A DNA stretch of 64,000 bases from a virus, in IMG/VR virus record IMGVR_UViG_3300047585_000133, positions 1 through 64,000 of that record; one strand, given 5' to 3'. The translations under genes were made by a program, and so were the position numbers. Positions 1 to 10,300 of the stretch are shown here, in pieces (the stretch's first letter is position 1; each line of letters starts with the position of its first letter). The notes beneath the pieces were generated by a model. The model was not told the origin of the DNA. It was given only the letters and a program-made list of their open reading frames with translations, and ran no database searches.

Positions 1-249
1 CGGCATGTTGGTAACGGTGACGGCCACGTTGGAAGCCATCGAACCGCCCGAGGCCGAAGCGAACGTTACCTGCGGGGCCCCGGTCCCGGAGGTGTAGCCG
101 CCGCCGGTCGCCAGCTCGGTGCCGTTGCTGGTGTTAGTGCCCACCGCCGTGTCCAGGCGGCAGGTGATCGGCGTGGTCGGAGCCGTGAAGCTGCCGCCCA
201 CGCTGGCCTGGAGCAGGCCGTTGCTGAAGGTCTGGTCGAGGTTAGACAC
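1..249 (-). CDS. Virion structural/tail fibre-type protein, N-terminal part (runs off the window)
   Basis: Read by hand: GTG at 249, MSNLDQTFSNGLLQASVGGSFTAPTTPITCRLDTAVG...GTELATGGGY..., open to position 1, high GC3. Confidence 0.65.
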   Translation of the reverse strand, partial: MSNLDQTFSNGLLQASVGGSFTAPTTPITCRLDTAVGTNTSNGTELATGGGYTSGTGAPQVTFASASGGSMASNVAVTVTNMP

Positions 250-442
250 TGGCTCCCCTGAGGATCACGTCGCAGCTTCCATCGGGGCACCCGTTCGCCG
301 CGCAGCACCGGAAGTGACGGCTGACGACGGTCATGCTGCCGTCGCCGCCCGGCACCACCACCTGGTGGTGGCCGAGGTCGTCGACGGTCTTGCACTCGTC
401 GCACTCGCGCAGAGCACGGACAGACTCAGGCTGCACGGACAC
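242..442 (-). CDS. Small Cys/His-rich hypothetical protein
   Basis: CxxC, HH and HxxCC..C..C residues; RBS GGAG upstream; coupled to the next gene. Confidence 0.6.
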   Translation of the reverse strand: MSVQPESVRALRECDECKTVDDLGHHQVVVPGGDGSMTVVSRHFRCCAANGCPDGSCDVILRGASV

Positions 443-470
443 GGGGGGCTCCCTCCTGATCCTTCTGGGC

Positions 471-1469
471 TCAGAACCGGACGAAGGCAGAAGCGCCGAG
501 CGTCGTCTTGGTGTCGCTGCGCTGGAGCCGCACCGTAGCGACGTCGCTCCAGGTCTTGCGGAAGACGAGACTGGCCGCCTTGCCGTTGTGCAGGGCAGAA
601 GTGAGCACCTGGGCGGCCGACCCGTCGGTGAACCAGGCGGTGGCCGTCAGGACCGCCCCGGTGTCCCCGGTGACGATCACCTGGAAGTCAGTGCCGGGGA
701 CGGTCGCCGCCACCGGGATGTCGACCGGGGCATCCCCGGGACGGACCTGGATCAGGGTGCCGGGTCCGGCCACAGCCGCCTCCTGGATGGTCGTGACGGT
801 CGTGATCTTGACGGGGGCGGCAGCTTTCGCGGGAAGAACGTGCGCGGCGAGCCCGGCGGCGGTCCCGGCGAAAGCAGAGCAGTCCGCCGGGCCGCTGATT
901 CCCGCGATAGAAGCACTGGAGGTGAACTGGAGCAGCAGCGGGGCCTTCCCGCCGTACGGCGCCCACCAGGCAGCCGGGACCTGGGCGTACAGCAGTGCAG
1001 GATCCCCGGTGCCGTCGACGTACTCGCTGGCCCACAGCCAGTCGCAAAAAGACAGGTTCTCCCCGCCCGTGTACCAGTGCGGCGCGTACCCGCCGACGGG
1101 ATGCCCCGGGTAGAGTTTGCGCAGCTCGGCCGCGCAGTCCTGCGCCTGGGCGAGGGTGGGGCTGCCAGAGGACCGCTCCATGTCGATGACGACCCCGCAC
1201 CCGGTCAGGTCCCCGGCCTCGGAGGAAAAGTACTGGGCCTGAGAGCTGCCGGACGGCCCGGCGTCCAGGAACAGGTAGGCCAGCGGGACGAACCCGTGCG
1301 CGGCCACCTGCTTCAGCCCGGCCTTCGACTTGTCCCAGTCCGGGTTGGTATAGGTGGTGCCCTCGGTGACCTTCTCCGCCCCGCCGATGCAGACCGCAGC
1401 CGTCCTGGCCCAGGCGGGAACGCCCTGGAAAGAGGAGCAGTCGACGACGTAAGAGGTTGTCCCGGTCAC
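471..1469 (-). CDS. GH25 muramidase (endolysin)
   Basis: N-terminal DCSSFQG, KVTEG, AYLF, catalytic DxE (IDME), LWASEY and LLQFTS motifs of glycoside hydrolase family 25. Confidence 0.85.
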   Translation of the reverse strand: MTGTTSYVVDCSSFQGVPAWARTAAVCIGGAEKVTEGTTYTNPDWDKSKAGLKQVAAHGFVPLAYLFLDAGPSGSSQAQYFSSEAGDLTGCGVVIDMERSSGSPTLAQAQDCAAELRKLYPGHPVGGYAPHWYTGGENLSFCDWLWASEYVDGTGDPALLYAQVPAAWWAPYGGKAPLLLQFTSSASIAGISGPADCSAFAGTAAGLAAHVLPAKAAAPVKITTVTTIQEAAVAGPGTLIQVRPGDAPVDIPVAATVPGTDFQVIVTGDTGAVLTATAWFTDGSAAQVLTSALHNGKAASLVFRKTWSDVATVRLQRSDTKTTLGASAFVRF

Positions 1470-1493
1470 ACCCCTTCCGGGGGCGGAACGGGG

Positions 1494-1844
1494 CTAAGGG
1501 ACGATCAGCCCGCCCGGGGACTTGCCGTGGCCGTTGGCCGTGGCCCGCACCTTGCCGGAGATGGCGGACACCTGCTTCGCTGCGGCCTGGTGGAGGGCGC
1601 CGACGACCCGGGCCACTTCGTCCTTACTGTGCGGGTCACCCACCGGGGCGAACGGCATGATGCTGTCCCCGGTCTCCGGGACGGGCAGCCCGATACCGAC
1701 CACCCAGCTGACGGTGCCGCCGTCGAGCATGTTGACGAACGGGAGGACCTCCCACTCGATCACCTCGCGCTCGGCCTCCAGGACGGGCAGGCCCGCGACG
1801 GCCTCCTGGACGTACATGGCCACGATGTCAGCCAGCCTCTTCAT
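1494..1844 (-). CDS. Hypothetical protein
   Basis: High-GC3 ORF coupled to the upstream helicase stop. Confidence 0.65.
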   Translation of the reverse strand: MKRLADIVAMYVQEAVAGLPVLEAEREVIEWEVLPFVNMLDGGTVSWVVGIGLPVPETGDSIMPFAPVGDPHSKDEVARVVGALHQAAAKQVSAISGKVRATANGHGKSPGGLIVP

Positions 1845-3418
1845 TACCCCGCCTTCCTCGGCCGCGCCTGGGCGTACATCTCCCGGCGGTCATCGGCCGT
1901 GACGAACCCGTCTGCCTCGTCATCATGCAGCATGAAGTCCTGGTCCGCATTACGGGCCAGGACACTGCTCATATGCGAAGCGCTCTCCACGGACGACTCC
2001 AGTACGAACGTGACGAAAGTCAGCGGGTCGAGGCGGCCGAAACGGTGGCCCCGGCTGGCCCGCTGCACCCGCGTGGAATGCTTGGTAGCCGGCTCGTACT
2101 CGGCAATCACCTGGACGTAGGGGACGTTGATGCCCTTGGAAGCGGCGTCCGAGCACACCAGGACGGCCCCGCCGGAGCATGTCTCGAACCCGTGAAGCTG
2201 GCGGTCGCGCTCGTCCTGGGTCATGCCGCCGTGGTAGGTGAACACCGGCCGGCCGTCCAGGCGCCGCTTCAGTACCGGCAGGACCGTGTGCGCGAACCAG
2301 GTGAAGACCATGAGCTTGCCGCCGGACGACATCACGATATCCGCCATGGAGACCAGCTCCTGGGCCTTGGCGGACGAGCACTTCTCCAGCTCTCCGCCCA
2401 GCTCCTCGGCCACCATGACGGCCAGGGCCGACTCCCCGGTTCTGGCCGATTCCAGGACCGCCAGCGGATCCCCGGCCAGGATGCGCAGCAGCACCGCGAG
2501 ACCCGGCACGTCCTGCCGTTCGCCTTCAGGCGTCCAGGCCAGGTCCTCCAGCTGCTGGTAGAGCCGGTACTGGTCGGCGTGCATCCGGATACGGCGGAAT
2601 TCCTCCAGCAGCGGCGGGAACGACTCGCGGACATCGGGATCGGACTTGCGCTTGCGCAGGATGTAAGGATCGCACTGCGCGCGGAACCACGCCATTCCCT
2701 CGGGCCGGTAGCTCGGGCGGCCGTAGATATCCCGGCTCCTGACCACCGTGCGCTCGTACTCGGCGACCGTAGGCATGGCGTGCGGCACGACCACCCGCAT
2801 CAGGTTGAGCATCCCGTCCAGGTCGGTTTCCATCGGGGTGCCGGTCAGCCCGAGGACCCAGGTCTCCTTCGAGGCGGCACGGAGCTGCCGGGCCAGCCAG
2901 TGGTGGGCCTTGTAGAGTTTGGAGTCGCGGCCGTGACCGACCTTGGTCACCTCGTCGTAGACGACCAGCACCCGCTTGCCGAGGAGGGCTTCCGCGAGAG
3001 GGCCGGGAGCGATGGTGCGGGACCGGCTCTTTTTCGGCGGGAACACAGCCGCGTCGTCGCGGGCCGTCTCGTAGGTCGTGATCAGCGCCTGGGGGAGATC
3101 TTCGAGGAATTTCCTGCGCCTCGGGCCGTGGTAGACCGCAGCGCCCAGCCGGGTGAACCGGGCGAAGTCTCGCTTCCACTCCGACAGCTTGTTCGCCTCG
3201 CACACGACCAGTACGAGGTCGACGGCTTCGTACTCGAATGCCGCGCCTGCCACTCCGAGTGCGACCACAGTCTTGCCCAGCCCCATGTCAGCGGCGATGA
3301 CAACGTTATTCGTCAGGTAGGACCGGGCGATGTAGTCGTACTGCCAGTCGATGTGGAAGCCCGGCTTGAAGAAGATGCCCGGAGGCCACTCGGGGTGCGG
3401 TTCTCCCAGTTCAGGCAT
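1844..3418 (-). CDS. SNF2/Rad54-family helicase
   Basis: Motif I ADMGLGKT, motif II DEVT, motif III LTGTP, ILRKRK, SKGIN and QRASRGHR; likely start ATG 3418. Confidence 0.9.
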   Translation of the reverse strand: MPELGEPHPEWPPGIFFKPGFHIDWQYDYIARSYLTNNVVIAADMGLGKTVVALGVAGAAFEYEAVDLVLVVCEANKLSEWKRDFARFTRLGAAVYHGPRRRKFLEDLPQALITTYETARDDAAVFPPKKSRSRTIAPGPLAEALLGKRVLVVYDEVTKVGHGRDSKLYKAHHWLARQLRAASKETWVLGLTGTPMETDLDGMLNLMRVVVPHAMPTVAEYERTVVRSRDIYGRPSYRPEGMAWFRAQCDPYILRKRKSDPDVRESFPPLLEEFRRIRMHADQYRLYQQLEDLAWTPEGERQDVPGLAVLLRILAGDPLAVLESARTGESALAVMVAEELGGELEKCSSAKAQELVSMADIVMSSGGKLMVFTWFAHTVLPVLKRRLDGRPVFTYHGGMTQDERDRQLHGFETCSGGAVLVCSDAASKGINVPYVQVIAEYEPATKHSTRVQRASRGHRFGRLDPLTFVTFVLESSVESASHMSSVLARNADQDFMLHDDEADGFVTADDRREMYAQARPRKAG

Positions 3419-3533
3419 GTTTTGACAATACCCCCTGGTATTCTCGGGAGGGACGTTGAAATACAGGATTTCTTGATAGTAGTATAGGGGTACAGCCCGG
3501 CACCGGGGCGCACCTGACAAGCAGGAGGACCAG

Positions 3534-5582
3534 ATGACCGTAACGCCAGAGCAGGCCCCGGCGAACTTCGCCGACGTCCAGGCGATCTTCGAGGAGAAAC
3601 TCCCCGGCTACACCCGCCGGCCGCTCCAGGTGTCACTGGCCGGGCAGGTCGAGGGACTGCACCGGAACAAGAAGCACGGGCTGGTCGAAGGCGGTACCGG
3701 AATCGGCAAGTCCTTCGCCATCATGATCCCCGCGATCCTCTCCGGTCAGCGCACCGTCATCGCCACCGCCACGAAAGCACTTCAGGGACAGTACGCGGCC
3801 AAAGACCTGCCGTTCCTCCAGGAGAACCTCGGAGTCCCGTTCACCTGGGCGATCCTGAAGGGCCGGTCCAATTACCCGTGCCTCGCCAAGCTCGCCGAGG
3901 TAACGCACCCCAGCCCGGCGCAGCAGACGGTCATCGCCCGGATCGAAGAGCTGAGCACCCCCGAGGCCCAGAGGGACCTGGAGGTCACCGACCGGGAAGA
4001 CTTCCCCGCGCTGCGGGACGAGGAGTGGCGCGACCTGTCCATGGCGGCCGGGGAGTGCCCCGGGGCCAGCTCCTGCCCCTTCGGGGAAAAGTGCATCGCC
4101 GAGCGGGCCAAGGCCAAGGCCGCCGGCTCGGCGATCGTCGTGACCAACACGGCCTACCTGCTGCTGGACCTGCTGCTGCGGGCGAACACCGAAGGCAACG
4201 TGGCGCTGCTGGGCGACATGGACCGCATCGTTATCGACGAGGCGCACACCCTCCCCGATGCCGCTACCTCGGCCCTGGAGGAGACTCTGAGCGAAAGCGC
4301 CTTCCTGCGGCTCGGCCGCGATATGGCCGCGTACCTGGAGCGCGAAGAACTCAACGCGGAGCTGGCCCTGGACATCGAGCGGGCCGTCGCCGCCCTGTGG
4401 CAGGCTGTCAGCTCGCAGTACCGGGCCTTCGCCGCGCGGGAGAAGAGCAACGACCCGATGCCGCTGCCGCAGAAGAAACTGATGGACCTGCTCGGCCCGC
4501 TGTTCGTCGGCGTCACCCAGGCTGTCCGGACGGCCCGGCAGGAAATCCTCGGCCACCGGGTATGGGATGAAGACGTCAGGCTGGTCCGTTCCCGGCTGCT
4601 GAACCGCTCGGCCAAAGCCCTCGCCCAGATCGAGGACTACTGCCTCGAATCCGACGACACGACCGTCCGCTGGGCGGAAATGACCGTCACCCAGTGGAAA
4701 GGCGAGAAGAGGGAGCGCATCTCCATGCGGTCGGCCCCGGTCAGCGTCGCACCGTTCCTGCGCCGGGCGCTGTGGGACACCGTCCCGACGACACTGGTGT
4801 CCGCGACACTGACCAGCGGCGGGGACTTCGGCTACATCGCCGAGACGGTCGGCCTGAACCAGAACAGGAAGGGCGCAGACGGCAACCCGGATCCGGAGGC
4901 AGTCGAATACAGCGCGGGTTCCCCGTTCGACTTCCCGGAGCAGGCAGTTCTGTTCACCCCGGACAAGGACCAGCCGGCGCCGTCCGGCACTTCGAAGTCG
5001 GCCTGGCTTGCCTACGCCCAGTCCGCCACGAAGTGGCTGGTCGAGCAGAGCCAGGGCGGCGCACTGCTGCTGTTCACCAGCCGCCTGGCAATGAACGAGG
5101 CGTACAAGTCTCTTGCGGCAGGCTTCCAGGCCCAGGGACTGCACGTCATGCGCCAGGGCGATGCTCCCAGCGGGGAGCTGGTCCGGATGATGAAAGAAGA
5201 CGGCAACTCGGTCCTGTTCGCCCTGCGGACCTTCTTCGAAGGGATCGACATACCGGGAGACGCCCTGCGGCTGGTCGTCATCGACAAGCTGCCGTTCGCG
5301 GTGCCCACCGACCTGGTCTACAAGGCGCGGGCCGAGGCGATCGTGCGCAGATACGGAAAATGGGCGGACTTCAACAAGATCATGGTCCCGCAGATGGCAC
5401 TGATCCTCACCCAGGCGTTCGGGCGGCTGATCCGCCACGCGGATGACAAAGGCGTAATCGCCATCCTCGACCCCCGGCTGAACAGCAAGGGATACGGGAA
5501 GCAGATCCTGAAGGCGCTGCCCCCGGCCCGGCAGACAACGGACCCGAGGATCGCGGGAGAGTTCCTCGCCCGGTCCCGGTAG
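3534..5582 (+). CDS. dinG: DinG/YoaA-family Fe-S DNA helicase
   Basis: GGTGIGKS, KGRSNYPC, Fe-S Cys cluster, DEAH, SATL, EGIDIPG, QAFGRLIR; RBS AGGAGG. Confidence 0.93.
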   Translation: MTVTPEQAPANFADVQAIFEEKLPGYTRRPLQVSLAGQVEGLHRNKKHGLVEGGTGIGKSFAIMIPAILSGQRTVIATATKALQGQYAAKDLPFLQENLGVPFTWAILKGRSNYPCLAKLAEVTHPSPAQQTVIARIEELSTPEAQRDLEVTDREDFPALRDEEWRDLSMAAGECPGASSCPFGEKCIAERAKAKAAGSAIVVTNTAYLLLDLLLRANTEGNVALLGDMDRIVIDEAHTLPDAATSALEETLSESAFLRLGRDMAAYLEREELNAELALDIERAVAALWQAVSSQYRAFAAREKSNDPMPLPQKKLMDLLGPLFVGVTQAVRTARQEILGHRVWDEDVRLVRSRLLNRSAKALAQIEDYCLESDDTTVRWAEMTVTQWKGEKRERISMRSAPVSVAPFLRRALWDTVPTTLVSATLTSGGDFGYIAETVGLNQNRKGADGNPDPEAVEYSAGSPFDFPEQAVLFTPDKDQPAPSGTSKSAWLAYAQSATKWLVEQSQGGALLLFTSRLAMNEAYKSLAAGFQAQGLHVMRQGDAPSGELVRMMKEDGNSVLFALRTFFEGIDIPGDALRLVVIDKLPFAVPTDLVYKARAEAIVRRYGKWADFNKIMVPQMALILTQAFGRLIRHADDKGVIAILDPRLNSKGYGKQILKALPPARQTTDPRIAGEFLARSR

Positions 5583-5600
5583 TCCCCCGGAAAACGCACA

Positions 5601-5630
5601 GAGGCCCCTTCTGCCGCAAGAAGGGGCCTC
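5601..5630. terminator. Intrinsic terminator hairpin between convergent genes
   Basis: 12-bp stem GAGGCCCCTTCT / AGAAGGGGCCTC. Confidence 0.8.
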
Positions 5631-5693
5631 TTCAGCGCTAACACGGTTCCTCGCGTTGAGAATACAGGCAGTAAGCGGGATAAATCCAGCCGG

Positions 5694-7295
5694 TCACGCG
5701 GCGAGGATCTGAATAGCCTTCCCGGCCGACCCGGCGGTGCCCGCAGACCCGGTCCCGGTAGCGCCCCCGCCAGTCCCTGCTGTCACCGTGACGGACCCGC
5801 CGCCGGACAGCGGGACCAGCGTCACGGTGATCACGATGCCTCCGCCGCCTCCGCCGCCTCCGCCGCAGTTCCCGGCGATCGGAGTAGCTCCCGGGCCGCC
5901 GATCGCCGAGATCACGCCGTTGTTAGCGATCGAACGGGCGAAGACGGCGACCACTCCGCCGCCCGACCCGCCCGCCGCTCCCGGGTTAGCCCCGTCACCG
6001 GACCCCGATCCCCCGCCGGCGCCGCCGCCGAGGAGAACCAGCGCTCCGGCCAGGACAGCAACTCCGGTAAGGACCGAGTAGGGGTTGCGCCACGCAACGG
6101 TCCCTGAGGACGACGCCACGGTCCCGCCGCTGCCGCCCGCCCCCTTGGCCGGGCTCGCGCCGCCGTTGCCGCCCGCGCCTGCTGCGGTAGAAGAAGCAGC
6201 AGGGGCAGCAGCCCCCGCATTAGTAGTGCCCGAAGCCCCTGCCCAGGCGGCGTACAGCAGGTTGCCCGCGAGCGGGCCCGGGGAGGAACCCGACGCCGGG
6301 CTCCCGTTGTTGACGATCGAGCCGTTGTTGACCAGCGCGCCGTTAACCTGGAGCGGCAGCCCGGCGGTATTGAGGGTGACACCGGAGTTGACTGTCAGCG
6401 ACGACGGGGGGTTCTCCAGGAACACTTCGGTCATCGTGTAGGTCGAGCCGGACAAGGTCAGCCCGGTGTAGGAGGTCGTCCCGTTCAGGACGACGGCACC
6501 ACCGGAACCGCTGCCGAAAATGCCGTAGAAGGCGATAGCACCGGGCGCGGACAAGGAGCCGGGGATTACGACTGTCTGGCCGGAGGTGCCGAGGACGACC
6601 TGGTTGCTGCCGCTGGCGGAGGCGCCCTGGCCGATCGCCACGGAGTTCGTCCCACTGGCGCTGGCTCCCTGGCCGACGGCAACCGACCCGGTCCCGCCTG
6701 CGACGGCACTGCCGCCGAGCGCGACCGAGTTGTTGGCTGCCGCGCTGGCGGCGGTACCCAGGGCGGTCGCCTGCTGCCCGGCTGCCGCCGCACGCTGGCC
6801 GACCGCCGTAGAGGAGTTCCCGGTCACGGCTGCCTGCTGTCCGACAGCTGTCGAGGAAGTACCGGAGGCCGAGGCCGCCTGCCCGGCGGCGAACGAGGCG
6901 GTTCCGGACGCAGTGGAGGAATCGCCGTAGGCGACCGCCTGGTTCCCCGGAGCCGTGGAGTCGTTGCCGACGGCAGTGGACTGGGTTCCGGCTCCCGTGA
7001 AGACCAGGCTGACGGTGGTGAGGGAGCTGACCTGGACGTCGATGTCGGGAATGATCACCGACGTCTCGCCGGGCGGGGCGATCTGGATGTCCACCCGCTG
7101 CGGGGCGTCCATGTAGAAATCAATCGTCCCGTCCTGGGTGATGAACGGGTTGGCCAGCAGGTCGCTGGAAGTGCCGTCCACGTACAGGGGCAGGCCCACG
7201 GGGGTACTGGTGCCGTTGACGAGGATCGTCACCGCCGTCCCGGCCAGGTAGTCGCCCATAGTGTCGGTGACGGGGGCGCGGTAGTGAGCGCGCAC
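5694..7295 (-). CDS. Tail fibre with YadA-head-like repeats and Gly-rich C-terminus
   Basis: 14-aa repeats of the S.A.G..A.A.G type; poly-Gly C-terminal domain; end of the baseplate operon. Confidence 0.8.
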   Translation of the reverse strand: MRAHYRAPVTDTMGDYLAGTAVTILVNGTSTPVGLPLYVDGTSSDLLANPFITQDGTIDFYMDAPQRVDIQIAPPGETSVIIPDIDVQVSSLTTVSLVFTGAGTQSTAVGNDSTAPGNQAVAYGDSSTASGTASFAAGQAASASGTSSTAVGQQAAVTGNSSTAVGQRAAAAGQQATALGTAASAAANNSVALGGSAVAGGTGSVAVGQGASASGTNSVAIGQGASASGSNQVVLGTSGQTVVIPGSLSAPGAIAFYGIFGSGSGGAVVLNGTTSYTGLTLSGSTYTMTEVFLENPPSSLTVNSGVTLNTAGLPLQVNGALVNNGSIVNNGSPASGSSPGPLAGNLLYAAWAGASGTTNAGAAAPAASSTAAGAGGNGGASPAKGAGGSGGTVASSSGTVAWRNPYSVLTGVAVLAGALVLLGGGAGGGSGSGDGANPGAAGGSGGGVVAVFARSIANNGVISAIGGPGATPIAGNCGGGGGGGGGIVITVTLVPLSGGGSVTVTAGTGGGATGTGSAGTAGSAGKAIQILAA

Positions 7296-7304
7296 GGTTC
7301 TCCC

Positions 7305-10300
7305 TTAGTCGAAGGCCTCGGCCATGCTTCGCCAGGCGGCAAGCACCCCGGACGGGGCGGTCAGGACGGAGTAGTTCCCGGTGCCGAGCCAGATCAGGTC
7401 GTAGTTCTGCTTCGCGGCCTGTTTGCGGCCCGTGAAGAACTTCTGCACGTAGGCGATGAACGCCTCGCACTCCTTCGCGGAGTAGGCGACGTGGTCGGCC
7501 CCGAAACTGGACAGGCCGAGCGGCATGCCGTGCGCGTCGGCGAAGGCGGCGGCCCCGGCCAGGGTGGGCGCCCACGAGCCCGGCGCCGGCCCGGAGCAGT
7601 AGAACGTCGGGGCGATGACGTCCACCAGGTCGTCACCCGGGTACCAGGTGTTCAGCCACCCGCTGGTCATCGCCGCATTCGAGACAGCCAGGACGTGCTG
7701 GTAGCCGTTGAGCCGGATCGCGTTGACGTAGCCGGGCAGCAGGGCCAGCCAGTCCGCCGGGTTGGCCATGGCGGTGTCCGTGCCCGCCCAGATGGAGACG
7801 GATGCTTCCAGGTTGCCTGCCTGGCAGCTCTGGAGGAACGCCTTGAGCTGCGCCGGGGTAGTGGTGGCGTCCGGCTGGACGTCGAACAGCACCCGGCGCA
7901 GCCCGGCGTCCCCGGCTGCGTCAGAGGCGGCGAGGCTGGCGGGAATCTGGTTGCCGAGGGCGATGCGCCGGGCCGGGATCTGCTGGCCGGTCCCGGAGAC
8001 CCACGCGGTGACCAGGGAGTTCGAGGAACTGACCGGGCCGAGGTCGGCGCCGGCCCCGAATTCTGGCAGCGGGATGCGGATAGCGGTGATGTTCACGCTG
8101 GCGGCGGCGCTGAAGGCCGCCGCCCCGGACCGTTCCGTTCCGGTGATGACCGGGTTGTTGATCCCGTAGACGTCGCAGAACGTATCGGTGTAGACGTCGC
8201 CGCCGTCGGCGGGCGCGTAGGAATCGGTGTAGACGTCGATGTAGATATCGGTCCAGGTCTGGTCGAGGACCACGACCTCCGCCGGCTCCCAGGCGAAGCC
8301 CGCGCCGATCTCAGCGGCCGGGGGCAGCGGCAGCCCGGCCGGGAAGTTGTTCGGCGCGACGGACACCCCGAGTATCTGCCGGACCGCGAAGTACCAGTCG
8401 TCCGGCACCGGACCGGACGACATCTGCCAGCGGGGATCGTCCTCCACGGACGTGTACTGGTCGGCGGGGGACATGTTCGGGCCGTGGCCGATCCCGGCCG
8501 GGCGCGGCGGGATGCCGCGCGGCCAGGTCTGGTACCAGGGGCGGATCACCAGCCCGGATATCACCAGGCCGGGCCGGTAGCCGGTCACCCGCCACATGAG
8601 CTGGGTGCCCTGCCCGGAGGCGGGAGCCGGGAAGACCAACGCACCGCGCGGGTTGTTGCGGATGTCGTAGGCGTCCTGCCAGCTGGTGCCGCCGTCGTTG
8701 CTGAACTGCCAGGTGATGGCGTCGTCGAACACCGATATGTTGTCGACGCCCCACGTGTCGGTGGTGGAGTCCTTCTGGATCACCTGGGCGGTGACCGTCT
8801 GGCCGAGCGGCGTCACCGTAGTATCGGGAGTACTCCAGGCCAGCCCCTCCAGATCGCTCCAGTCAGGGTAATCCCCCTGGACAGCAGTCCAGTCGTTAGC
8901 AGAAACTGACACCTGGCCGACGGTGAACCCGGCGTACCACTCGGTAACCGACCCTCCCGCTACCGACTGCTCGGCCTCGGCGATCACCGTGCCGGTCGCC
9001 CCGTCCAGCAGCTGGAGGTACAGCGGAGCGGACAGGGCAACCGGGGTAAATACCCGGGCGGCGGCGTACAGCCGGCCGCCTGGTGACACGGCGACGGGGA
9101 TACCGGCATAGGCGATTCCGCCGAAGGACGAAGAGACGGGCGGCAGCCCGAAGTCGATCCATTCAGGGACGAGGGTCTCCAGGTTCTCCCAGGACGAGTA
9201 GGAAGTCTCCAGGTAGGCCCAGCTCCCGGGGACATAGGCGGTACTGAGCGCGGGCGCGCCGCCGCGTGTCACCGCGACCATAGTGCCGAGCTGGGAGTCC
9301 TCGGCGGACAGAGCCAGCGGCATCGCGTCGCCGACCGGGGCCCAGTCCGGGAATCCGGGCAGGGAGAAGTCAGAGTCGGACAGCAGCTGGACCGGGTTGG
9401 ACTGGACGCTGGCAAACTGAAGGCCGGTAACCGCGTGCGAGGAGGACAGGACGACGCTCTGCGCAGTCGCCCCGGCCGTGGAGAGGTTGGACGGGGTGAA
9501 CAGCCCGGTGCCCGGCAGCAGGTCCCAGCCGCCGAAGGTGAACTCGCTGACGTCGACGTTGTCCAGGTTCGCGAAGGTCTCGGTGTACTGGGCGGTGTCG
9601 TCGGCCTGGGTATAGTCGGTCGCGTACATGCTGATCGAGGAGACCGCGACGAAGTACGCGATCCGTCCGGTAACGGGGACGTTCTGCTGCTGGTAGGCGC
9701 TCGGGCCGGCGGCGGCCGGGATAGCCTGCGCCGGCTGCCACTGCTGGAAGCCGTACAGCGCGCCGCCGGCCTGGGACATCCTGGCGGCTGACAGCGGGTC
9801 GGCGGCGTACAGCGCCTCGGTCGGGAGCACGGTGCCCGTCGAGGGGGGCGCGGGAACGGGCGGCGGGGCGTCCCCGAGATTGAAGGCCGCCGCGATCGAG
9901 GTGGCGACGGCGAGTCCGGCATCAAGCTGCGCCGGGGTGGTCGGACTGGCCTGCGCGGCGGTCGGCTGCGCCTGCGGCGGGAAGTACTGGCCGGCCGCCG
10001 TGGTGGGCTGGAGGTAGTCGTAGGGCTCAGCCTGAAGGCAGGTGAACTCGAATTTCCAGCAGCTCGCCGTTACCGGGTCGAACTCGGCGTACCCGGCGGA
10101 CAGGGTGAAGCTGCGGGGGACCTGGACCCAGTTGCAGGCCTCGAAGCTGGCTCCGGGGCCGCCGACGAAGCCCCAGGGGCAGACGGCTCCCAGGACCCAC
10201 TGCGGGTGGAACCGGGCCACCGCGTTCTGAACGGAGGGGGCTCCGGCGGGGGCGGTGACGTACGCCGGGGGACCGGCGGCGAAAGCCGTGAAGTCCGCCG

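Noticed and set aside
1925-5438. Long antisense ORFs opposite the helicases
   Set aside because: Mirror frames of high-GC3 genes with no recognisable motifs
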